Shown here in pieces: positions 35,301 to 44,124 of a stretch of 64,000 nt of DNA. The stretch is taken from contig OZ025682.1 of the NCBI GenBank assembly GCA_964019335.1, positions 496,001 to 560,000 of the forward strand. The letters are read 5' to 3'. How positions within the stretch are numbered: the first letter of the stretch is position 1; each line of letters begins with the position of its first letter. A program made the position numbers and the translations under genes. The notes beneath the pieces were generated by a model. It was not told the DNA's origin and did no database searches. It was given only the letters and a program-made list of their open reading frames with translations. Origin of the DNA: Diplonema japonicum (Eukaryota; Protista; Euglenozoa: Diplonemea).

Positions 35301-35945
35301 GACGAGAGTCAGGTGATGGAGTACAAAGGCAGCTTCACACTGTACTATGTGAACAAGCAGGACATCATAGCTTTGCATGTCGCAGTGCTGGCGGCGGGTG
35401 TGTGCTGTGTGGCGAAGATTAATCCGCTGTGGAGTCCGAAGAAGCTGTCTGTCTTGCAGTCGAGTGCGCTGGCGAGCTTAGGGTCGCCGCCGCTGATGAC
35501 GAAGGGCAGTTTCACGTCTGTGACCACGTTGGGCTCCCCGTTATATGGAGCAGGGCCATATGCGGCAGCGCTGCCTGCTCCGAGCTTAGGGACTACAGTT
35601 GCGTCCCCGTTGCTAGACAGGGACAAGTCTATCCTGGGGCAGTTCCCCTCTGGGCAGTTCTCTACGCCATCAACGTCCTTAGGGCACTTCTCTTCCCCAT
35701 CGACGTCGATATCTTTACTGCCGTTTGCACGCAGCGTTTCGTCTACAACCCCTGCTCTGCAGCCATCACCGTTGCATCCCTCAGGCGGGCTGGGCAGGAC
35801 AGACCCTCACGACCTCCTTAGAAGGGCAACAAGCATGAGAGACCCTCCGCGTCCCCCTCTCCCTGGTAGTGTCAACCCACTCCTCAGTGGGAACGCGCGC
35901 AACCGTGTGTCTCCCCCTAAGAGGAAAAAATCCGTGTTGCTGTGA
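29355..35945 (+). CDS. Four-domain voltage-gated cation channel alpha subunit (Cav/Nav-like)
   Basis: Four 6-TM repeats with S4 segments (RIVRVFRPLR, RVFRMFRVLR, KAFRAFRPLR, RLGRAFRLLR), pore loops TLDGW, TKDNW, ALSGW, TMDSW, and an EF-like/IQ-like tail. Confidence 0.93.
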   Translation: MEDYFLNIVNHDAADDEDDVLHIAGRTFHGKSLKLFKTTHKVRKMAIDIVTHQLFDNSILGLILLNAVFIALDDPQEPSDSNLKQVINAVDMVFLILFSAELVVKVVAMGFALGKHTYLHDPWNVVDFVIVVAGIVSTMFHGIAIFSIVRIVRVFRPLRSINRIAGMRRLVNTLFACLPLMLDVVMLFGLIFYLFSLVGVVMWHESLHHRCWLTDPLMSGGSRGPDPSDLQTIGENATGRWGRVCGNTSFIEIFHVDCPANTQCLPNAPAPYAYANFDHLGNAALVIFQSVTLDGWITHSYAIEDGWSPLASIFFVILTLFGAFFVANLVLAVVTDALSKYTMPSLTESALEKHVGAGSKESDDASNEEEDDDSVRLPVVKVDKYGARAANITVVKNNWQHFVHDISHQAVEGLKNIEEKRGMGRKRASTFCRRSSTDVSHLVPDSPVGLRPRSSSAVVKGDGRYVLQRHHSVTVLPPCDENELFPTTEEGWMEARNTMNSRYAARQARHATVASVLAIIAQQQVDKTTFTKPVLPSLIPKRRRESVMSGGMSCSSTVVTQTTVSEDDGGVGHKLRTFCRSRYFTHTITCIIIINALVMAVEHYDMPNGLEKGLETANMVITFIFLAETLLKIVAFGKQWPRDKFNLFDALVVIISLAELAFLDSNAVSLFRVFRMFRVLRFLKLARSWKVLQKIIDMISTSLSYMGYLILLILLFIFIFAVLGRSLFSGQTTNLVWCKSHSNETSCLTDATCEWRSMDNMTDPSCRSGSGWNKVDNTYRANFHNLAQAMIHVFQILTKDNWALLCFRLQKEINPAVVLYFIVILVMGSYLLFSMFIAILLVKLSENSEAAEKRREKRRKKRQGIVDDDASPLLSQGSPTFTQPQSPSDGNSPTFPVSPMEEQKISRSDVLLYQMEKQRERKERLAKRKKMKYGDRARERRDSMMSGAGSASTPVTRTRSNTTFRAFKKKLGDGVSDDGMSSCSHRTKDSKLEAGLKSAMKGTRAAGGQQVAVTTSRKAKVQDAVETVAADANLDAIDLLLLEAGVDECFAEDEEDSEEEWEELEGNSFFIFAPTNRIRLWFTNIVLGRFFEVTISYLIIANCAVIAINDNALQNDPDAINVARIIDWCFTAVFSLEIFCRSLVHGAIIGEHSYLQRHRWNKVDFAIVAVSLLAIPIEAQARATNAAHQVQVNTITRLAKAFRAFRPLRILVRTKRMKVVVGAFVNTIPAVFNVMAVAFVLYFIFGIAGVQMMQGAFRRCSDGSDRSRAECVGQWNATLLDQVYMNESELQDGYRMLNREWINPVGTSFDDLGSSWVTLLQVAALSGWMDIMYAAVDSNSVINERPVRDNRPVLALFFVAWIFAGAFFVMNIFTGVVVDHFSRQKLQLDGSIWLTNQQEQSLRVKKIIMNSHAKKKRALSHSSTALNKACYAVVTHPYFPRFILGCVLVNVLLMATIHDGMDDTFEKVQTWGNTAFTIIFTIEMLLEMGVNGPRYYLNFKWFRLDFFIVCVSWIELLIALLFTGGNAAATIQLLRLGRAFRLLRHFKGLRKLLMTLYYSIPAFYNITSLLLLMFFIFSVLGMALFEDVRTTDSEELYPVLLSDKANFRNFPRSMLTLYRVATMDSWVRVVAGCKVQEPYCSNSEGTCGSDLAASIFFSTFMLCVGFVMMNLFIAIILENFRESVLLPEDLTKKMEHVVMFREMWATYDPQGMQFIPANKFVPLLHQLMPPIGLVGRSQCDILPAVKQLDFPITWPEQEVLFVDAIDAIGETVFDIKLVDSVATRKYLKTTNRMQLYQFGWTIAHWYACSVIQTTWRSYRLGLRLTGAHVFEPPPEDELYATVAAAVRKRRRDNSRIRRKTPYPGEDAVVAKNEPVVKVKRDHVMIRKTSVNSTPGSFVSSYLSVHPECKKPVFSTPDLTKRSTPIDRNLLAPAPPDSPKRLLSTENLNLSLYNLQKLPTLPMLESQQNIQNATRLSLTTTESDESQVMEYKGSFTLYYVNKQDIIALHVAVLAAGVCCVAKINPLWSPKKLSVLQSSALASLGSPPLMTKGSFTSVTTLGSPLYGAGPYAAALPAPSLGTTVASPLLDRDKSILGQFPSGQFSTPSTSLGHFSSPSTSISLLPFARSVSSTTPALQPSPLHPSGGLGRTDPHDLLRRATSMRDPPRPPLPGSVNPLLSGNARNRVSPPKRKKSVLL

Positions 35946-36764
35946 ATACAAAAAAAAAAAAAAAAAAAGAAAAAAGTTCCTAGCTGCTTATTTTTTTCTT
36001 CGGCTAATAGAGCCCTTTGGGGCATCCGAACACATCTCCGTCCTGTTGGGTAGTCCATTATTAGGAATTTTGGAAAATTTTTAAGAAAATATAAAAAGAG
36101 AAATGAAATCAGCGATGGGTCGGAGAAATAATAAAAAAAAAAAAACAAAAAGAAACCAAAAAAAAAAATGAAAAACGTATGAAATGAATAGAAATACGGA
36201 GGGGAAAAAAGGGGGTGTGTGAAAAAAAAACTAAAGAAAAAATGAATAAATTTAACTGCGACTGCAACATTATTTGTTTTTTTTTTTCCTTATTTCTTTT
36301 TTTTTTTGTCTATTACTATTATCAAGGGCTCTGCTGCGTTTTAGAATTTAATGAGTTCTGGTGTGCTTCTTTCTTTCCCCCCGTTTTTTTTTTTTTTTTT
36401 TTCGCACCAAGGGGGGTGCCACATTTTCATTTCGAAGTTGAAAACTAGGATTGTGAAAATGCACGCATTAGTATCTTGGTGGTTACTGTGAATGTGAAAA
36501 AAGAAAAATGTCAGTATTTGCACTTTTTTTTTTTCATTTCACTGTTTTACATTATTTATTAATACTTTTTTTTTTTGAATCAGAAATCAACATAATAACA
36601 GTTTACCAAATGAGGAAAATTGAGGAAACAATGTGACAACCCAAAAGCTCAAAAATGAGAATTCTCCTCCTCCTCTGTTTTTTTTTTTTTTTTTTGCCTA
36701 GGTTTTTTGACAAGCAGAAGGGGGTCACCTTACCTGCGCAAACACAACAAATCGCCAACTCTTT

Positions 36765-36803
<39 letters not shown>

Positions 36804-37316
36804 TCAGTTCAGTGAGAACCACAAGAAATCTATTGACGGCAAAGACCTGTCCTATATTTTAAAAAATCTGTTCATACTCTTCTTATTTTCGCCCTCATTT
36901 TGACACAAAACAAGAATACAAAGAGAAGAAAAAAAAAGAAACGAAAAGACACACAAACGAGTAAACCTTTGGGGTGTCATTCCGTGCTAATCTACTTGTG
37001 GCTGTCAGCGGGAAAAAGAAAGAGAAATAACGAAAGGGAAGGGAAAAAAAAAAAGAAAAAAGGGTGTTCACCCATATGCAGTGTTTTTTGTTCAACCTTC
37101 GTATCGTCGTCATCGATTCAGTGACCCGCCAGTCTCTACAGGTTGTGTGGGCAAAGCTGAATGTGTTTCCCATAATTTTTTTTTAAGCGGTCCCTTTCCC
37201 CTTATGGTCTGTTATCTGTTTTTTCTTTTCCACCTTTTTTGTTCTTTCTTCAATACTCAACACCACTATACTGCATGACAGGACTACCTCAATAACTTAA
37301 CACAACTTCTGACACC

Positions 37317-38363
37317 ATGCACGCAATCCCCATCGCAATTGTTGGCGTGGCCACGATGATGGCTGCCTCCATGGCAGGTGCTGCTAATCTGGAAGCAGGC
37401 ACGTGCTGCCCCGACTGGGCGAAGTGCGGCGGCAAGAACTGGACAGGCTGCGACACATGTTGCAACTCCCGTTTTTTCTGCAACGCTTCCGACCCGCCTT
37501 ACTACAGCGAGTGCGTCCCGAAGCCTCTTGTGCCCTTCCCCCCTGCCCCTGCTAGCGAGTGGTGCGGTCCTCAAGGCAAGACCCTCAACAAGGCAAAGCT
37601 AGCGGCGCAGGGAGTCGTCTCCAGTGAGGAGATCGCACAGATCTGGTCCGCTGCGACGAAGAACCTGACCCTTGGCTTTGCCCCCGGGGGTCCTGGGACA
37701 TGCGTGCAGGCGGTCAGCATCGCGCTTGGGGAGTGCGGCCACCCGTCGCAGTCGAACTGGAAGCTCACCAGCGACCCTGTGTGCTCCTTCGACGCATCCG
37801 GTGCAGGTGGCATCTGGCAAGTCACGTCGCAGGACAGCAGCGACACGACACTCGCCGGGTGCTCCGACGGCACGGACCCTTGTTGCAACGCTAGGCTGGC
37901 CTACGCCCATGCCTACAACCAGGGCGGTGCCACCGTCCTCCCCGAAGGTTACTGCTCCAGCCAGTCAGACTGCTCACAACTGTACAGCGACTGCGGTGGG
38001 AAGACAGGCAAGCCATGGAACAACAGAAGCGTCGACCTGAAGGTGAAGGTTGCCGGTGCCACCATCCCATCCTGCAGCTACAAGACCAACCCCTGGTACC
38101 CCGATGGTGGTGTGGGGCTTGCTAATGTGACTGTGGACCAGGAGCCGTGCTACTGGGGGCCCTTCAGCGTCGCTGCTGGGGGTGTTGGCAAGGAGTTCTT
38201 CCCTGGCTTCTACGGGTGGGGTGGGTTCTTCCAGCACTACCTGAACTCCAAGGCCGGGATGTGCGACTACTCCCCGCAGTGCGTCACACAGTGCGACCCT
38301 GCGAAGTACACTGACTACCCCTCTTACATCGACCTCGCTCTTGGTGCTTGCGGCAAGATGTAG
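37317..38363 (+). CDS. Secreted Cys-rich protein: signal peptide + CBM1 + lysozyme/SLT-like domain
   Basis: Hydrophobic N-terminus. WAKCGGKNWTGCDTCC...PYYSEC matches the CBM1 pattern. AVSIALGEC...AGGIWQV...DPCCNARLAY resembles SLT/lysozyme-fold motifs. Confidence 0.75.
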   Translation: MHAIPIAIVGVATMMAASMAGAANLEAGTCCPDWAKCGGKNWTGCDTCCNSRFFCNASDPPYYSECVPKPLVPFPPAPASEWCGPQGKTLNKAKLAAQGVVSSEEIAQIWSAATKNLTLGFAPGGPGTCVQAVSIALGECGHPSQSNWKLTSDPVCSFDASGAGGIWQVTSQDSSDTTLAGCSDGTDPCCNARLAYAHAYNQGGATVLPEGYCSSQSDCSQLYSDCGGKTGKPWNNRSVDLKVKVAGATIPSCSYKTNPWYPDGGVGLANVTVDQEPCYWGPFSVAAGGVGKEFFPGFYGWGGFFQHYLNSKAGMCDYSPQCVTQCDPAKYTDYPSYIDLALGACGKM

Positions 38364-38704
38364 GCAGCAGAGATCGTGAAACATCTTTCCCTTTATTTGT
38401 GCGTATCTACCCACCCCCGTCCCATCCTTGTTAAAAGAAGACAGCGTTTGTATTCTGCTGCATTCTTTTTTTTTTTTTTTTTGGTGGTCGTTGCTAAAAC
38501 TTCCCCTCAAGGATATTTTTTGCTTTTTTGCTTCTTGGCTCTTTCAGTACTGCCACTTTTATTCTCCATTCATGTGCTTTCTTGGTAAATTGTTAACTGG
38601 TTTTCCCTTTTTTTTTCTTTCTCCCTCCCTCTTTTTTTATTGAAGTATATTTTACATTTATGCATGTGTTTCTAAGTGCTATCCCTCAACTTGTCCTCAG
38701 GAAC

Positions 38705-40104
38705 ATGGATACTCTTCAGACGAAAGAGCAGCATAACGGCATGCCCGAAGACACACACAATCTGGTGTATTGGATCTTATGGGTGACAGGGGTGGGGGTG
38801 CTGTTCCCTTGGAATGCCTTCATTACGGCGCCAGACTACTTCACGAAGTTCCATGAGTTTGTGGACAGCAGCTACGAGCTGAGCGACACGGAGAGCAAGA
38901 TGTGGGACAACATCCTCACATACTTCACAGTCGCCTTCTCCGTGCTGAACCTTGTGGGACAGGCTTTGGTTGTGTACTTCGGTGGGAGGATCACGATCAG
39001 CGAACGTGTGCTGTACTCCGTGAACGCGATGTTTATCATAATGCTGCTTGTGCCTGCCATCTCCTACATCTCCATGAAGCCCGTTGTCGCCTTCAGCTTG
39101 CTTGTCACCGCCTCAGGCCTCTGCGGTTTCGCTACTGCTTTCTACCAGTCAACCTCCTTCGGCATCGGTGCCATGTTCCCCTCGGAGTTCACACAGTCCG
39201 TCATGGTGGGCAACAGCTGCTCGGGCATCGCTGTGACTGTACTCCGCATCATCACAAAGGCTACCAAGGGCAACCTTAGGCTCACGGGTGGTATCTACTT
39301 TTACTTGGCGACGGCTTGGTTGCTCTTCGGCATTGCCTGCTTCCTTGTTTTGAGGAAGCTCCGTTTTGCGCAAAAGCACATCAACGAATTCATCGGCTAT
39401 TCGAGGCTGCCCCTCGACGACGAGAGCGCCACCAGTGGGAAGGTGTCCACCAGCTCTTCCTCCTCACACCTGAGTCATGACGTCGTGAGCTGCAAGTCAG
39501 CACTGCTCAACCCTGAGCCGGGCCCTGTGCAGATGGGTTCCATTTCGAGCATTTTCAAGACCATCGCACCAATGGGCTTCACGGTGTGGCTGGCCTTGTT
39601 CGTGTCAATCAGTGTGTTCCCGGGTGTGACAGCGAAGATTCCCTCCTCGCTGTCCGACGGTTGGTTCACTGTGTGGTTGGTGCTGACGTACAACGTAGGC
39701 GACAGCTTGGGGCGTATCGGGCCTAAGTTCTACAAGCTCCCACCCAAGCCGCTTGTGGTGATGGGGATCCTCCGTCTGGGCTTCATCCCGCTGTTTATCT
39801 TCTGCGTGGACCCTCTCTACATCAACAACGAGGCGGCTGCAGTGGTCATCTGTGCGTGCATGTCCATGAGCAACGGGTACGTGGCGGGCATGTCCATGAT
39901 GTACGGGCCGGGGCACCCTGACCTGCGCCCAGAGGTATGCTTTTGATGTTTGTGACATTTTCTTCAATTCACATTTAGGAGCGCGAGACGGCAGGCATCA
40001 TAATGTCGTTCATGCTGCTGTTCGGGATCACCTGTGGTTCCTTCACTGGGCTGCTCATCTGCAACTACCTCCCTGACACGGACAGCGGGAGCGGCAGTAC
40101 GTAG
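38705..40104 (+). CDS. ENT: Equilibrative nucleoside transporter; intron 39935-39978
   Basis: GVGVLFPWNAFITAPDYF, SISVFPGV, YNVGDSLGR, SNGY, ERETAGIIMSFMLLFGITCGS. Confidence 0.93.
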
Positions 40105-40224
40105 GCTGCCTCTCAACAGAATTTAGTTCTGAAATGGAAGACATCTTCCACATGCTGCTGCAGCTGCCTGTTGGACGAGACTTGTTTTTTTAAAAAAAAG
40201 AAAAGTTTTTTTTTTTCCCTCTAA

Positions 40225-40850
40225 ACATTGTCTGCCAATGGGCACCGTGCCGGGGGCACAGACGATACAGACAGCGGGGTGTGCCCTAAAGGGCTCACTA
40301 TCCCGTTGAGAAGAGCAGTTCTTACGCATTTTTTTTTCCTTTTGATAAAACGATGTTTTTCTTTTTCTTCTTTTTTTTTCCTTTCTTCCGCATTTCCCTC
40401 CGATCAATGGAAATGGAAGGGCTCGGCGGCCAGTTAGTATTGTGTATACCTTGCTGTGTATATGCTTGCTCCATCCAAGGGCTCTGATCTCCTTAATTTC
40501 ATTCTCTTTATTTTTTTTCGCTGATGCAACGCATTTTTAAATTTCCCTCCCTTACCCCCTCCCTGCACACACACAAAAAACTAAAAAAAAGAAAAAGGAA
40601 AAGAAAAAGAAAAAAAAGGGACGTTCTTCTTCATGCGGTGCGCTTGAAGAGCACGTTTTCATCGCTGAGGGATACTGGGCCTTTGCCTCTATGTCCCTTA
40701 GATCGCTCAATTTCGTGCATTTTTTTTTCCTTTCCCCCAGTAATGAGTCTCTTTCCTTGGGGGGTTTGAACGGCCTGGAGATCGTGCGACAGTGATAGCT
40801 TTGTGAGTATCAAGATATAGGCCGCCTCGGGGGAACACCTCTCATTCTTT
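40225..40850 (+). ncRNA. Putative cluster of single-hairpin AGA/ACA-box (H/ACA-like) snoRNAs
   Basis: cagcggg/cccgttg + AGA (40272-40311), gagggatac/gtccctt + AGA (40667-40702), and a long hairpin at 40742-40846. Confidence 0.4.
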
Positions 40851-40949
40851 ATTCTTGCATGTCAAAAACCTTTTTCTTTTGCATTCTTCTCTTTTTTCCC
40901 CCCCCCCCCTTCATTGTAGCAACACCACCGCCACAGGGGGGCAGCAAGT

Positions 40950-41365
40950 ATGGCGTCTTTAAGGAGCTCACAGATGCCCAAGAGGCTTCCTTGGGACATG
41001 CATCTGATCAAGGAGGCTAACGCGAACTCGAGGGCTACAGTATGCTTTTGACACATTAAAAAAAAAACGATTTTTTTTTTTTACAGGCGATCTTCACGCT
41101 GGCCACTGTTGGTGTCTTCTACTACTGTGCTATTAAGGAGGAGAGATTCGACTGGTGTGTGCTATAATTTCTTTTTTGGGAGAAATGAATTAAATAAAAC
41201 AGGTTCCAGCTTGACCCCTGGTCCCCCACCAGGAGAAAGGTGAGCAAGAAGTGGCCCTCGGGTGGTCTCTTCTACGGTTGGGGTAACAACGCCCTGAACA
41301 GGGATTGTGGTCTGCTTGAGTGGTACTGCTGGCGTGGGTACTGGGGTAACGAGTGGGGCGACTAA
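40950..41365 (+). CDS. Small single-TM Trp-rich protein, copy 1; introns 41040-41086 and 41155-41202
   Basis: Spliced ORF of ~106 aa: MASLRSSQMPKRLPWDMHL...AIFTLATVGVFYYCAI...RDCGLLEWYCWRGYWGNEWGD. Exons are conserved in copy 2. Confidence 0.75.
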
Positions 41366-41890
41366 GGAGGTTGCCCACTGCCCGCCCGTTTTTTTCTTTT
41401 CTTTTTTTTTTCTTCTTTTTTCTTTTCCCCCATTTTTCGTTTTTTTCCCCCCACGAAGCCTCCCCTACTCAAAGAAGTAATTAAAAAAAAAGAGTTTTCA
41501 CCAGAAAAAAAAGAAGCTTGTTCCCAATGTGCCTGACCCTCTACACTGTGCCAGATAATGGCCTGCCCCTCCCCTCTGAGGGAATGAGGGGGAAACAAAA
41601 TTGAGGGGGAACCGTGAAAAGAGGAGGGGAAAAAAAAAGAAATGGGGAAGGGGGGGGGGGGAAGAAGAAGTAAGTGACCAGCAACAACCACGACTTGTAA
41701 AGAAGTGTTTTTTTTTTCTCTTTTTTTTTTCCCCTTTCAACGGGCCCCTTTTTTGACGTTCCCCCCCCCACTTTTTTCTTTCTTTTTTTGGGTTTTACAT
41801 TTATTCTCACACCCCCAACCCCTCCTGTTTTATTCGTCATTTATCTTAAAAGACCACCGCCACCCACACCACTATAGGGGGGCAGCAAGT

Positions 41891-42009
41891 ATGGCGTCTT
41901 TAAGGAGCTCACAGATGCCCAAGAGGCTTCCTTGGGACATGCATCTGATCAAGGAGGCTAACGCGAACTCGAGGGCTACAGTATGCTTTTGACACATTAA
42001 AAAAAAAAC

Positions 42010-42050
<41 letters not shown>

Positions 42051-42331
42051 GGCGATCTTCACGCTGGCCACTGTTGGTGTCTTCTACTACTGTGCTATTA
42101 AGGAGGAGAGATTCGACTGGTGTGTGCTATAATTTCTTTTTTGGGGAGAAAAGAATTAAATAAAACAGGTTCCAGCTTGACCCCTGGTCCCCCACCAGGA
42201 GAAAGGTGAGCAAGAAGTGGCCCTCGGGTGGTCTCTTCTACGGTTGGGGTAACAACGCCCTGAACAGGGATTGTGGTCTGCTTGAGTGGTACTGCTGGCG
42301 TGGGTACTGGGGTAACGAGTGGGGCGACTAA
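41891..42331 (+). CDS. Small single-TM Trp-rich protein, copy 2
   Basis: Exons appear identical to copy 1, and introns differ mainly in T/G/A-run length. Confidence 0.75.
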
Positions 42332-42707
42332 GAAGATCATCCCCCCCCCCATTTTTTCTTTTTTAGTGTGTTTTTTTTTTCTCTCCAACCCCGTTTTTTT
42401 TTTGTTATTTTATCCCCACGACCACCACGATTAGCTGGACGCAAAAAGAAAAGGACCCCCTCCCCCAATCCAGCCCAAATATTTTTTTAACAAAGGGTAA
42501 TTGTGATAATCAGTTTGCCTCCACCCCCCTTTTTTTACTTTTTCAAGTGTAACCGTCCAAAGAGGAAAGGAAAAAAAAAAAAAAAATCGTTCCAGCTATT
42601 CCTTTTTAAATTGTTAATTCACAAGAATGGCAAAAAAAAAAAAAAAAAAAAAAAAAATTCTCAGGAAGAGGGAAAAGGAAGTATTAAAAAAAAAAAGTTA
42701 TTAGAAA

Positions 42708-43282
42708 ATGTTCCGCTCGACCGCTGTTAGGATGTGCGCCGCGAAGGAGCTTCACAACCAGAAGATGTCGACCTTGTACAAGATCATTGTGGGGGACATC
42801 TCGTTCAAGAACAAGGTAACATCCCCCCAACCCCCACACACACACACGAGCAGGCGCCTGTGAAGGATTCGACTGTGACTGAGGTGTTCGGTAGCTCGTG
42901 GAGCACGGACCTCAAGGCGTGGTTCGCAAGCGACTTCACCGCGAAAATGGACAAGGCGGATAAGGAGGCCGCCACCGTCGTCCTTGAGAAGTACCTCACT
43001 CGCCTGGACCTGACTAGGTACACCACCAGGGAGCTCGGTCAGTTCATGACCACTGGGGCGGCGAATGTCGCGGCAACCGCTGAGGCCCACAACGTGAGCC
43101 AAGCTAAGGAGTTCATCAAGGCGAACAGCGAGGCCGCCTTCAAGGCCCACGTCATCGCTGAGGCAGCGAACTCCAACTGGACCTCCGCTCAGGCTGAGGT
43201 ATGTACTTGTTGAAGAAAAAAGAAGGAAAAAAAAAAAACTCATTTTCCACAGGAATTCATGAAGAAGGTGAAGTCCGCTTAA
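42708..43282 (+). CDS. ATPTB4: Euglenozoan mitochondrial ATP synthase subunit ATPTB4; introns 42816-42853 and 43199-43252
   Basis: KMSTLYKIIVGDISFKNKAPVKD...FGSSW...LTRYTTREL...NWTSAQAEEFMKKVK matches the trypanosomatid ATPTB4 pattern as recalled. The N-terminus resembles a mitochondrial presequence. Confidence 0.85.
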
Positions 43283-43539
43283 AATGGGGGAAATGTTCCC
43301 TAGTGTGTGTGTGTTTTTTTTTTTCTCCCGTTTTTTCCCCCGTATTCATTTTTTTTTTCCCCAATGATTGTTTTTTTTTCATGGGGGGAAGAATAGTGTG
43401 GGTTTCTCCCTGTCTTTTTTTTCTTTTTTTTTTTTTACCGTTTTTCTGGGCTTTTTTTTTTTCATTTTGTTTTCCTAGTTTGGTCCAAAAAATGTTTTGA
43501 ACAGCACTGCAACACATCTCACACGCACAACAGATTAAA

Positions 43540-43874
43540 ATGGGTGGCAAAGATGGAGGGAAAGAAAGGGGGGAAAGGGAGCCAAAGGAGGGAAGGGTAA
43601 GGGTAAGGGGAAGAACCAGGCGATAGAACCGTGCGTCTCCACGGTGACGATCAAGAGGGCGTCGGGGAGCACGCCATTGGGGGTGGTCTTTGTGGGGTGC
43701 GAAATGGATCGCTTGCGGGTCTTGTACCGTCAATGAAGGTCTTAGAGGTCAATGGGAAACCCGTGACGTCGCCAGGTGAGATGAAGTCCGCTGCTGCAGA
43801 CGAAATGACCTTCACGATGAAGGTCGCGATCAACAGCTTCACGACGAAAGGTCTTCAACGTGACAGGCCCCGGG
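43540..43874 (+). pseudogene. Frameshifted, internally deleted copy of the tandem-PARP gene 5' end
   Basis: Near-identical to 47031-47597 with a 1-nt loss near 43564 and two internal deletions. It then jumps to the homolog of the gene's 3' flank (43901 corresponds to 49961). Confidence 0.9.
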
Positions 43875-44124
43875 CACATCACTTAAGATACTATTTTTAA
43901 GAATACGATTGGGTTCGCCATCATAGGCAAACCATCAATTGAGGCATATTACGTCCATTTTGATTTGTGTTTATTCACCGCAGTCTTCTGCAGGTTACAT
44001 TTTACCAACTATCTTTAAATCTTTATACGTTTTTACCCTTTTTTTTTTTGTGAGTTACTTGAGGCTCTCTACTTTTTAATTTAGCTTACAAGACTTGTAG
44101 CACACCACCAGATCCTCAACAAAA

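Noticed and set aside
37100-37165. Hairpin as a SECIS element
   Set aside because: No apical AA or proper GA quartet, and the upstream gene has no in-frame UGA.
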